Shown: in pieces, positions 1-11,454 of the stretch
Numbering within the stretch: the stretch's first letter is position 1
Layout of the letters: the number at the start of each line of letters is the position of its first letter
DNA from: Saccostrea cucullata
Lineage: Eukaryota
Direction of reading: 5' to 3'
DNA: 64,000 nucleotides
Assembly: GCF_032062105.1 (NCBI RefSeq)
Contig: NW_026933545.1
Location: forward strand, 124,001 to 188,000
Program-made: the position numbers and the translations under genes
The notes under the pieces: model-generated
Database searches by the model: none
What the model saw: the letters and a program-made list of their open reading frames with translations, nothing else
What the model was told of the DNA's origin: nothing

Positions 1-290
1 CTCCTGGATATTAAAAAGTCCATCTATGTACATAGTTATGATGAGCAAGAGTGCCTTTACCAAGATTGTGAATTTTTTGGCCCCAGGGTCAGGGGTTGTG
101 GTATTAGGGTGGGGCTCTATTGATTATCTAGTGAAAATGCATTAATTCTTTTGAAAATCTTCTTCTCTGCTTCTGGGTATTAAATAAACTAAGTACATAG
201 TTATGATGAGCAAGAGTGCCTCTTCCAAATTGTTAATTTTATGGCCCCAGGGTCAGGGGTTCTAGTGTTAGGGCGGACTCTGGGTATTAA
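1..290 (-). repeat. Partial ~166-bp satellite units of a Helentron-associated element (HINE), truncated by the window edge
   Basis: Two diverged copies of 'gtacatagttatgatgagcaagagtgcc...ggccccagggtcaggggtt', related to the bivalve HINE core repeats. Confidence 0.55.
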
Positions 291-710
291 ATAAAACATT
301 AAAACAAAAAATTATTGCTCTACTTGAATGCATTTTTCTGTAATATTGATGCTTTCTAACATTAGAAGATTTTTCGCACTAGAGAACTCACTTAAGTTCT
401 TCCACAAGGTATGATATGACAATTCACATATGAATATATATTTTCATTCTCAAATATTTATAAGTAAGTACCAATAGAGAGAATGTCTAAGTTTCAAAAA
501 CTATTTTACAAAGATGGACTTTTCGCGTACATTGGAAAGGAAACAAAATTTATTTGAAAAACTTCTTATCTATTAGTCAATAAGTATGTTCTATACATTA
601 TCTCAAAATATTATCCTCATCAAAATTTTAAAAAACCCAGTGATATTATTTTTATCCACTCAGAGATCTGTTTTTAAAACTGGTTTCATATTAATTAACC
701 TTAAACTTGT

Positions 711-713
<3 letters not shown>

Positions 714-757
<44 letters not shown>

Positions 758-804
758 CATTTTGTCCGTCCGTCTGTCTGTCCGTCCGTCTGTAAACTTT
801 TCAC

Positions 805-836
<32 letters not shown>

Positions 837-2169
837 GATTTCGACCAAACTTGGTTCAAAGCATTCTTGGGTAAAGGGGAATTTAAATTGTTAAAATGAA
901 GGGCCATGTCCCCTCATAAGGGGAGATAATCAAGAAAAAAAATAGGGTTGGGTCATTAAAAAATCTTCTTCTCAAAAACCACTTGGCCAGTAAAGCTGAA
1001 ACTTATGTGGAAGCATCCTGGGGTAGTGTAGATACTAAGTTGTTCAAATCATGACCCCCGGGGGTAGGGCGGGGCCACAATGGGGAATCAATGTTTTACA
1101 TAGAAATATATAGGAAAAATCTTTTAAAATCTTCTTCTCAAGAACCACTGAGCAATAAAAGCTCAAACTTATGTGGAAGCATTCTGGGGTAGTGTAGATG
1201 CTAAATTGTTCAAATCATGACCCCCGGGGGTTGGGCGGGGCCACAATGGGGAATCAAAGTTTTACATAGAAATATAAAGAAAAAATCTTTGAAAATCTTC
1301 TTCTCAAGAACCACTGGGCCAGAAAAACTGAAACTTATGTGGATGCATCCTAGGGTAATGTAGATTCTAAATTGTTAAAATAATGACCCCCGGGGATAGG
1401 GCGGGGCCACAATGGGGAATCAAAGTTTTACATAGAAATATATAGGATAAATCTTTAAAAATCTTCTTCTCAAGAACCACTGGGTCAGTAAAGCTGAAAC
1501 TTATGTGGAAGCATCCTGGGGTAGTGTAGATTCTAAATTGTTCAAATCATTACCCCCGGGGATAGGGCGGGGACACGATAGGGAATCAATGCTTTACATA
1601 GAAATATATAGGAAAAATCTTTGAAAATCTTCTCTCTCTCTCTCTAGGCCAGAAAAGCTGAAACTTATGTGGAAGCATCCTGGTGTGTGTGTGTAGAGAT
1701 AAATTTTCAAATCGTGAGTGTGTGTGTGTGTGTGTGTGCGGGGCCACAATGTGTGTGTGTGTGTATTTTACATAGAAATTTATAGGAAAAATCTTTGAAA
1801 ATCTTCTTCTCAAGAACCACTGGGTCAGAAAAGCTGAAACTTATGTGGAAGCATTCTCGAGTAGTGTAGATTCTAAACTGTTCAAATCATAACCCCCGGG
1901 GTAGGGCGGGGCCACGATGGGGAATCAATGTTTTACATAGAAATATATAGGAAAATTTTTTGAAAATCTTCTTCTCAAGAACCACTAGGCCAGAAAAGCT
2001 GAAACTTCTGTGGAAGCATACTGGGGTAGTGTAGATTACAAATTGTTTAAATTATGATCAGTGGGGTAGAATGGGGTCACAATATGTATTATATACAAGG
2101 GGGAATCTGGTAAAGAACAAAATGGCCAAAGCTTCTCAGGTGAGCGATGTGGTCCATGGGCCACTTGTT
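714..2169 (+). mobile_element. Non-autonomous Helitron/Helentron (HINE) carrying an array of ~8 x ~166-bp satellite units (Cg170-like)
   Basis: 5' 'ttagctcacctgagccgaaggctcaagtgagct' subterminal inverted repeat plus hairpin, then a (GTCC/GTCT)n microsatellite. Units starting 'aatcttcttctcaagaaccac' occur at ~962, 1128, 1295, 1460, 1626, 1800 and 1965. The 3' end is 'ctcaggtgagcgatgtggtccatgggccacttgtt', inserted at a TT site. Confidence 0.85.
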
Positions 2170-2544
2170 CCCACAAAGATTTTTTTTTTATCAGATATTG
2201 GTTTTGAATCAACAGTTTATTGCTTCCAAATGATTACTTATGAAAATATTAATAATTATTTCTATTTTTAAAAATATAATATATAAACATGTAACATCTG
2301 CCACGTGTTTATTAAATTGCAATAAATATTAATGTTGTAATTATCATTTTCATGCATAATTTTGCGATCAACAAACCACTTGAAGTGTTCGTATATCTGT
2401 CTGATAATTTTGTACTTCTTATGAACGAGATGTTTTAAAATACACTTTCATTCGCGGTTTATGAAAATAGAAATTAAAATTTATATAACTTAAAAAGTCA
2501 CAAAATACATGAAAGAAACTAAAATTAAAACTTCAAAACCAAAA

Positions 2545-2680
2545 TCTCTTTCTCTCTCTCTCTCTCTCTCCCTCTGTGTATGTGTGAGGGTGTGTGTGTG
2601 TATGAGAGAGAGAGGGTGTATGTTCGTTTGTAAGAGGGAGGGTGTGTGTGTGTGTGTGTGAGAGTGTGTGTGTGTGTGTT
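2545..2680. repeat. Compound (CT)n/(GT)n/(GA)n microsatellite
   Basis: Seen directly. Confidence 0.9.
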
Positions 2681-3097
2681 TAACAAGGTTACCTTATTGC
2701 ATCTACGTCTTTGTCTGTCTGAATATTATGGCCTACTAGATTTTTGAATTTATGCCTAACAATCTGAGTCATTTCCCCTGTAAATTTTTGGAGTTCTCAT
2801 AATTATCTTCCTTTATTATTAATGATTGGTGGATAAGTTATCTGATTTTTACATGAAATATGTGGATATGATGAATAGTATTCGAGATCAAAAATCCATT
2901 AAAAATTTCAAAAAAGGAGTGAAGCAAACAGGGACCGCCAAAACATCAAAGGCGGGATCAGGTGCCATGAATCGAATAATGAGCATCCCCTGCCGACCTG
3001 TCAAAACATGAAATATAAGATGATTTTCAATGTTCTGGTTTTTTATTGAGTAAAGACAATTCAATTTGTTCATGTATTACACATATTAAAAAAAATC

Positions 3098-3412
3098 GGC
3101 GTGAAGCGCAGTTGCGGAGTAAGGAGTTGATCTTTATGTCGCGAGTTCAGAAGGTCGTAAGTTCGAACCTCGGCCGCGACTGACCTAAGTTGATATTTAA
3201 AACAGTGGGTAGCAACTGTTCCTTCGCCATACGCTCGGCACCTTGAAGTGAAAATTGCGGGTCATTCGATTGACCTTAAAAACCGAGGGCCAGTAGACGT
3301 TGGGATAATAAAGATCCCTTATTGCTCAAAAACCGTAAGTGCCGAGTAAAGGTCAAAATTTGAGGGCCATCACCGGTACCTGTCTCAATACGAGTGAAAT
3401 ACTAGTAAAACA
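3098..3412 (+). mobile_element. tRNA-derived SINE, degenerate
   Basis: B-box-like 'gttcgaacct' at ~3161, followed by the body 'gttccttcgccatacgctcggcac...ttaaaaaccgagggcc'. A similar decayed copy lies at ~19775-20060. Confidence 0.6.
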
Positions 3413-3610
3413 ACATTTAATTAATCAATCTAGGAGAGTGTGTTTTTTATTGATAATTTTAAGGATGTCAACGAGTACCCTGTTAATCGGAGACTCGATC
3501 GAACGTCTGACTTTCGAATAATAAAAATGGTACTCGGTTACTCAGATGTATTTATTTTTTTCTTATTTCATATTCTTATCAAGTTCTCATCAAGGAGTAT
3601 GTATACGGTA

Positions 3611-3671
3611 ATTAGTGTGTCGTCACCCACACCTGTAAAAGAATTAGTGTGTCGTCACCCACACCTGTAAA
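3611..3671. repeat. Perfect 32-bp tandem duplication
   Basis: 'attagtgtgtcgtcacccacacctgtaaaa' occurs twice in tandem. Confidence 0.9.
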
Positions 3672-4252
3672 AAAATAATCGGTCTTTACGTTTAAATAAA
3701 AATTATAAGGTTATTATTTTATACTGGATTTTATTATTTTATACTATGACGGGTATGGCGTGTCGAAAAGAGATGCTTACTCCTCCATAGCAGGGTTCTC
3801 TTTTTTGTTTTGTTTATACGATTTTTTGGCTACTCTAAATTTGTGATGTTAAATTGGATTTACGAGCTTAATCAAAGTTCATTATTTACAAATTTTATTC
3901 ATTAGAAAAAATAAATCGATCTTCATTAGAATATTCTATGAATAAAAATGTTCTCGTGAAAATGGAGCGTATGGTTTTTTACTGATTGGATACATAATTT
4001 TCAACCAATAAGAATACATGAAGTTATTATAAAAGAAAGTAAAACGATAATGTTGAGTCGAGATCCAGTACCCAGTTCTCAGAATAAAAAGTCCTGCAAA
4101 ATGTTTTTGCGATTCTTTGTGGTAAATATATACTTCTATTTTGTATTGCTTTTAAGATGTTTGAGCTTGATCTACTGTTCGTTATCTCCATATATTTATA
4201 TATAAAAAAGGTCACACACGAGTAGTGTGATGTTAAAGTCTTTAAATTGATC

Positions 4253-7200
4253 ATGTTGGTATCAGTCCTTTAACCCATCCTTTAAATATTGCAGCTTTGT
4301 GTAACTGTTACCATCATGCATGCCGGAAAGCAAATTAATACAGGTACGGTTAATATGTGTTTACGTTTCTATATCTGTTAGTAAAACAAAAACATTCAAT
4401 ACTGAGTAGTTTATACGATCAACATCATGCTATGAATTAGTCTGATTAAAATTTTATGTTAGATTCGCTCGCATACTCGCTACACTAACTTAGATGTTAG
4501 TGTAGCGATTATGCAAGCGGGTCTAACATCTAATTTTAATTAGATTGGTTATTATGAATCAACAACGATAGACTGAGTGAATTAATATTAGAATTTAGAA
4601 AGGCAGGAATTAATCATTTTATTATATCAACATTATACTACTGTATAAACATAACACGTAGAAATAAAAATAAAAAAAATGTACGACTTGTATGCATTAT
4701 ATTTCTATATTGTATTGATTTGAACAGGGAAAAAGGGGAATTGTTATCAGTCTGATACCTACTGCAAAAGAGGTCGAATTTGTCCCCCAGGGAAGTCCTG
4801 TTCTCCTCCAAAGCCACAACAAAAATGCAGGGCACTAGGTAAGGCTTCTTTAGGATATGCGCTCCTCAGCCATGAAGGATACTAGTGACTTTAAAACTGT
4901 TTATTCTTAAAAATCCCGAAAGAATTATTTTTTTCATGCAACAATTTTCAATTCATGTATCTCAATGATTCGAAGTTCTTTGCAGTCGTAGAAACAAGCT
5001 CTAAAAGTTGACATTAAAAAGTAAGTTTTGAGAGATTCATTTTTCATTACATATTAGCCTTAGGATATCAAAGTTATTTAGTATGGAACGAAACAAAAAA
5101 ATAAATTTGTGATATATTACAATATGTTCAATGATTAAAATAAATCTCTTGATGAGTTTTCAACTGAAGATTGCATTGTAGTAATCGCTAATGAGATAAC
5201 GCCACATAATGATACAAATATCATTAATCGTTAAAATTGTCACGCTTAATGTCATAAATCATTGCATTAATGGTTGACTGTTTCAACCGCAAATGCTAAA
5301 TCGCCGCTTATTGGAAGAATTATATCATTAAGCTGATGAACATGTACACTATTAATGCAATGGTTTATGACATTAAGGGTTGTATTGCAACGGATAATGA
5401 TATTTGTATCATTAAGGCCAGCATTTTTTTATTTTTAGGTTTACAAACCCGCCGCTCGAGTTTTTGAATTTTCAGAAAAAAAATAAAATTGAGAAAAACA
5501 GATTTTTTTCTTTCCGTGTAAATATTAGTCTATTGTAGATTTCAAATTTACGAACTCGTACTTCCGGTTTCATATATTTATATATGGCGGGTCAACGAAG
5601 GTAGATTTGTCAAGTACATAGCAGCACTAAACCTTGGTTTAATTGAAATATTTATCGATAGGAGTGCCATTCAAAACGTCTCACTCATTCAGGGAACAAA
5701 TAAAGTGCTGACGACTTTGTTGCACAATGACATGTTGGTGAGAAAATGTATCCGTAATCAAAAATATCTCTCAACTGTCTGTAAATTAATTTTCTAGGTT
5801 TAAAACTGCCCATAGCTCTTGTCAGAGACATTGTTTAAGTTTCTGTTATAGCTTTCAGTCTTAGCATCATTCTTCAGATTGGTTATGAATCAACAACGCA
5901 TCAGATGTAATGAATAAAACTATGGGAGAGATTAATCCATTTTAAGAAATAAACAATAATTTTGCCTAAAGAAACAAGATATTTCAACTATTTGAAAACA
6001 AGTATATACAAAATTACAAATATATACAGGCAGGTAGTATCGTTTGTGGCAGCCAGAAAAATTATTTTACACTTAATTGAAAAAAAAAAATCCATCCTAC
6101 TCCCCAATGCTCCCTTTCTGTTTCAAGAAAGGAATTATTATTTTAGGTCTCAAGTATATTAAGAACAATTTCAACACATTCATCTAATACATATTAAAAA
6201 ATATGAAGATATATATATATATATGTATATTGAAAGAGTTTTAAAAATCTGTTCTTTTTTTAAATCTGTATTTTGTCCAACATCACAAGATTTATCATTT
6301 AAATCACTGGCCCCAACTGGTAGAAGATTAAATAAACAATTAAGGGTTCTATTTTACCCTTTGTAACCCTTGTGTGTCCAGTGGCAAGGAGCCTGTAGGA
6401 GAGCATAAAGAGAAGCAAAAATTAATGTAGAAAAATCGATAATGTATCCAAAATATAATTTTATTTTTATTTTTATTTCCTCCTCCTACGGGACTTTTTC
6501 ATTCTGATGTTCGTAAACCTAAAAATAAAAAAATGCTGGCCTAAGCGGCATTATATCATTAGCAGTTGCTACACTGCATAACAGTCCAGTCCAATACGAA
6601 AAGTCGTAATATTACCGTTCATTTACGAAAAATTGTAATATTACAAGAAATCGTAATATTTGATCTTAGGCTCGAGTAGACGTGAAATGTGCTATCGTCC
6701 AGTACTGTATTGCCAGCGGGGTTACATCTGCATACGATGGAAAAAGTACACTCAATGTAGAAAACCATTTACCGGTCCTAATTGCAAGGAAATAGGTATG
6801 AATTGTTTTATGTATCTAACAATAATAGTAATAAGTCTTAAGATGGAGATACACATTTTTTTTCTTTGTGCACAAAAAAATTTGAAATAGCCAATTATAA
6901 ACACGCTAAAAAGAGAATAAATAAAAGACGTGCCCTATACATTGTCACTTCTAACTTAAGTGGTGTATAACACATTTTCCGTCCTGAATCATTTACACCC
7001 TTTTATATTTTACCCCGTTTTAAGTTTTTCTTTGAATTTGAGCAGTTATAAATTTGCACACTTGCGATAAAAAGAAGAGAAACGAGGAAAATTTCCATGT
7101 ACACAGTTATCTATAATATTTCGTATTTTTGACGAAAATATATTTGTTTACTTCTTTGTTGATCCAGAGCAACATTGTTTATATAGCTAGTTGGGAATTT

Positions 7201-10200
7201 TTAAAGAAAAATGATACAAAGAGTCAGTACCTCTTCACATTGAAACTTTTGACTGGCAAAAAATAGTCTAAACAAAATACAAAGTATGTACAGTATGTCT
7301 ATTTTATAGTTAAAAATGGGAAAGCAATTGGTAATATATTTACTTTTTACATTATTTCTTTCAAAACCTACGAGAAAAAAATTCTAGTTAAGAAAGCACC
7401 CAGTTAGTCTATTATTTACACACTGCAACGACGACGGATATATCCGTCATTTCCCGATGTGACATGGAGAACACGGCGGGAGTGACCGGTCGGCAGGAAA
7501 TGATCCCTCCTTCATGACACCTGATCCCACCTCTGATGTTTTAGAGGTCCGTGTTTGCTATTCTTATTTTGTATTGTTTATTGAACTTTTGAGCTTGAAT
7601 ACTGTTCGTTATCACCAGATTTCATTCACGTAGTCCCATCATCGGCATTGAAAACCAATTAATCCGTTCTCTTCACAAGAACCGTCTAACATGCAAAATG
7701 TTGGGTTACTCACATAAACAGAAGATTCGATAAATATGTTGACAAAATAAGTGTTTGTGGGGTAAAAATTCGTGGATAAGGGTGACCCACGACATCCTGG
7801 AACATCAGTCCATCACGAACATTGCCAATCCCACAGTACTCATCTGTGATACATAAGTGTTTCTAGGGCTCAGTTTGTACTGCTCTCTGTTTTTATTGTT
7901 TATATAGATCTAACAGTTGATTTGATATAGAAGAGCCTGTTCGACGTATGAACAATTTTTAAAACGAGATAGGTTATTGAAAAACGAGTTGATGAAACAA
8001 GAATATCACCAGTCTCGATTAAAATCATCATTTCGAAAGTTCTGTGGTAGATACAATGACCTTGTCAGCAAATACAATTTTTCATTGAGTCAAATGCTGA
8101 CTCACGTTTTTCATACTAATTGTTAGTCCATTATTAATACACTGAATTGACGACGGATTTTTCCGTTATTTTCCGATCATGAAAAGGAGCACACGGCGGG
8201 TGTGACCGGTCGGCAGGGGATGCTCACTCCTCCATTGCACCTGATCCTACCTCTGATGTTTTTGAGATCCGTGATTGCTCTGCTCCTGTTTTGTTTGTTT
8301 AATGGACTTTTGATCTTCGTTTTCTCCATGTGTTTCATCCACATACTTCAGTGTTTAATTGAACCACCAACCATGATTATTTATCATTTTTTCTCACATT
8401 AACGTTGAGATATTTTATTCAATGATTGCTCTCTTTATGTGAAAGTCAACTTGTGTCAGTCGGAGCCATGTCTGAACGGAGGAACATGTATCAGTAAAGA
8501 TGCATCATCATACACGTGCGCGTGTGCGGGGGGTTGGCAGGGACAAAACTGCAAAGGTTTACATACATTATTTGACTTTTTTTACTGAAATATTTTCTTT
8601 CTTCCCATTATCTTTATCATAATCTAATAGATTTGCGAAAAGGGTTGGAATTAAAATCGACTTTTATAATTTTTAAAAATATTTTGCCCTTTTTTTCTGC
8701 AGTTTAGTATTTAGTTTAAGTACAGTTTTGGTTCAATTTATTTAATATAAATTTAGTATAAATTCGTATTCATCATGCCTTATCTTTATTTAATTAGATA
8801 GAGATGCATGCTCTTTAATGCCCTGTCAAAACGGAGGGACATGCACAAACATCGAGAACTTGTACACGTGCAACTGCAACAAAGGGTGGTCTGGACAGAA
8901 CTGCACCGGTAATGACAAACTAGAATCTATTCAATTTGCATTTTTACCAATGTAGATAAAGCTGTAAACGTAACATGTCATTCCTATCCATGTAGAAACA
9001 CGTTCTGTATAGTTACAGGTGGTCAACCCTACCCATGTACATAAATGCCGTATAAGTACTTGTAAATGTTTCTGCTTTTTTCTCAACTTTTAAATATTTG
9101 TTACATTTGAATTTATTATTGATTTCTCAGTCATTTTCATAGGTTTTTTTAAAAATAGATTTTACAGGAAACTTCACATATGAGCACAATATGTTGATCC
9201 TGTGGAATCCAGCCTCAAGAAATATCGAATCGAAATCGATCTACCTGACAACAAATACCTCTTCAACAGTAGAAATTTCCACTTCAGAAAATCTTAATGC
9301 ATCACTAAAAAATGATATTGATCAAATATTTTTTTTCACTTCCGAACATAAAATTACCCTCCCTGCAGAAATGCAAGGCAATATTTTACAGAAAGAATCA
9401 AAAGGGGTGAAAATTCGCTCCACAGATCCAATTACTGTCCTTCTCTTGGGAAACGACCCGTCGAAACCTGATGACGGTTCTCTTATTTTCCCTAGCAGAC
9501 CAACAGCAGGACCATATTACAGTTACTATATGATACCATCTACTGTTTCACAACTTGTACCTAACTCTGCATACTCAACTGTATTTGGTGTTATTGCATT
9601 GAAGGACAATACAACCGTCTTCATTGAATTTCAAATACGTGACAAAGGAACACCTATAACTTTTAATGGTCAAGAGTTTGGACATTTAGAACATTTGTTC
9701 ATAAATTTAAATAGTATGGAAACGTTACAGATTGGACACAACACGGACCTGACGGGAACTATTATTTTATCTTTGAATAATAGTAAGGCAATTGAGGTAT
9801 TTTCGGGAAGTGGACGTAACTTGTCTCCTGACTCCCCTGGCAATCAAGTGATGGAAAAGCTTCATCCATATGCTGATTTGGACTTAACCTATATTGTACC
9901 GCCTGACTTCTGGAATAATGGGACATTCATACAAATTACATTCCCTCAATATTATTTCATAGCACCTGTACATATTTCGAAAGGGGCCTCCACGTACACT
10001 GTTACTATAGGAAGTTATGCACCATATGAAATGAGTACATTAGCTAATGAGACAACAGTCATCGTTGCCGAGGGAAAATATCCAGTGCAGGTTATCAACT
10101 ATGTCAAACAAAACTCAAACCCAAACACAAGTAATTCGTACATGGTTAATATTCCTGGAGTTCATCGTTATAAAAGCCGATACCTAGTCCCTATTCCTGA

Positions 10201-10474
10201 TGGGTACCTCAACAGCTACATTACAGTCATGATAAGAAATAATTCGATATCAGATCTTCGATTAAACGACCAAGTTATTTCTCCAGATATGGTTCGTTTT
10301 GAGAGCAAGGTTTTGGTTAAAAGTATCCAATACTCCATCGCTACTGTCGAAGTTTCCCCAGGTAGACTGAATATAGAATCAACAACTGATTCTCCGTTTG
10401 GACTGATTGTCCGCGGCTATGGAATTTCTGATGCCTATGGCTTTACAGGAAATGTCGTTGACCCATTAAGTTAA
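4253..10474 (+). CDS. EGF-repeat + IgGFc-binding (FCGBP N-terminal-like) domain protein. Exons: 4253-4343 (putative, two in-frame TAA), 6670-6795, 8446-8556, 8798-8908, 9159-10474. Possibly a pseudogene
   Basis: Phase-1 GT-AG exons encode EGF modules (CQSEPCLNGGTC...YTCACAGGWQGQNC; CSLMPCQNGGTC...YTCNCNKGWSGQNC) in frame with the 427-aa ORF. That ORF has IgGFc_binding-like motifs (VIALKDNTTV, LNSMETLQI, DLTGTII, PFGLIVRG...AYGF). Confidence 0.75.
4438..4548. mobile_element. Small palindromic MITE-like element, with a second copy at ~28325-28395
   Basis: 'tgttagattcgctcgcatactcgctacactaac' / 'gttagtgtagcgattatgcaagcgggtctaaca' form an imperfect hairpin. Confidence 0.6.
5172..6578. mobile_element. 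Older palindromic MITE whose right arm is interrupted by a younger MITE
   Basis: The left arm 'tgcattgtagtaatcgctaatgagataacgccacataatgatacaaatatcatta' matches the reverse complement of 5394-5415 joined to 6545-6578. Confidence 0.7.
5416..6541. mobile_element. PIF/Harbinger-type non-autonomous element with TAA target-site duplication (TSD)
   Basis: Terminal inverted repeat (TIR) 'ggccagcattttttt(t)atttttaggtttac' at both ends. TAA at 5413-5415 and 6542-6544. Confidence 0.85.
7440..8320 (+). mobile_element. Two 3' fragments of a Penelope-like element
   Basis: Both contain 'gtgaccggtcggcagg...cacctgatccyacctctgatg'. 7930-8130 matches the RT C-terminus seen at 11680-11890 on the minus strand. 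Confidence 0.7.
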
Positions 10475-11179
10475 TTTAAAAAATAAAAAAAAGATCAGTA
10501 GTCATTTGCTCGGCAAGATTAATTTTTTTCTTTTTGCAAAATTACGTAAAATAAACATACACTAATAGCATATATCTATTTTCTTTTTATCAAAGACTTT
10601 TGATTAAAGGATCTCTGGTCTATGAAAATTTAAAAGAGATTTAATGATAATTTGTTGTGCAAGAATTAACTTTCTTCCAAAAACGCAAAATAACAAATAT
10701 TAAAAGCATATTAAGCTTCTTTTTTATTAAATCCAAATGACTCAATACAGGATCCGAGATTGTAGTCTTTACATAATACATGTACATGCATGTACCGGTA
10801 TGTGTACCTCTGTACTGAAACCTCGCCGTGCAATGATACTACATTTTTTAAATTACTTACGCTGACCTAAAAAAAGAAAAAAAAAGAAAACCAAACAAAA
10901 AAAAAATTAGAAACAGACAATATTTTAAAAAATCATGAATCAACCATGAAGAAACCAAATTACAGGTACTGTGAGCAGTGAGCTCACTAAATGATACTAC
11001 CCCTCCACCGCCTGGTTTTGCTCTTGGATATTTCAAAATAAGTGTCATATAAAAAAGTAGAATAAGAGTTCACAATGGCATTATGTGATAAATAATTTGT
11101 GAAAATTTCATTAAATTTTATTCAGTGGTATATAGGAGGAGTTACCCTAACAAAAAAAAAATACTATAGTTAACTATGG

Positions 11180-11425
11180 TAAACTATAATAAATCAAAGT
11201 TCCAAAGTTTTTACCATAGTAAACCAAAGTTCCAAAGTTTTCACCAAAGTAAATCAAAGTTCCAAAGTTTTCGCCATAGTAAATCAAAGTTCCAAAGTTT
11301 TCACTATAGTAAATCAAAGTTCCAAAGTTTTCACTATAGTAAATCAAAGTTCCAAAGTTTTAACTTTGGTACTTTACTTAACTATATTAAACTATAGTTA
11401 ACTAAAGTTTAGTATGGTATTTTTG
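11180..11425. repeat. 30-bp minisatellite (~5.5 copies) with self-complementary 'actatagttaacta' flanks
   Basis: Unit 'agtaaatcaaagttccaaagttttcactat'. It explains the spurious SKSKFQSFH ORF. Confidence 0.9.
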
Positions 11426-11454
11426 TAAGGGTACAGTTAAGAGATAGTATTATA

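Noticed and set aside
960-2060. Regularly spaced repeats resembling a CRISPR array
   Set aside because: Whole ~166-bp units repeat with no unique spacers. There are no cas genes, and the context is a eukaryotic HINE satellite.
3098-3180. tRNA gene
   Set aside because: It has a B box but no intact cloverleaf, and it continues into a SINE body.
8190-8265. Canonical SECIS element or hammerhead ribozyme
   Set aside because: UGA/GA pairing is possible, but the apical AA and the hammerhead core are absent. It is kept only as an unclassified structure.
11176-11397. ORF with SKSKFQSFH repeats
   Set aside because: It is a translation of a 30-bp minisatellite, with no splice or domain support.
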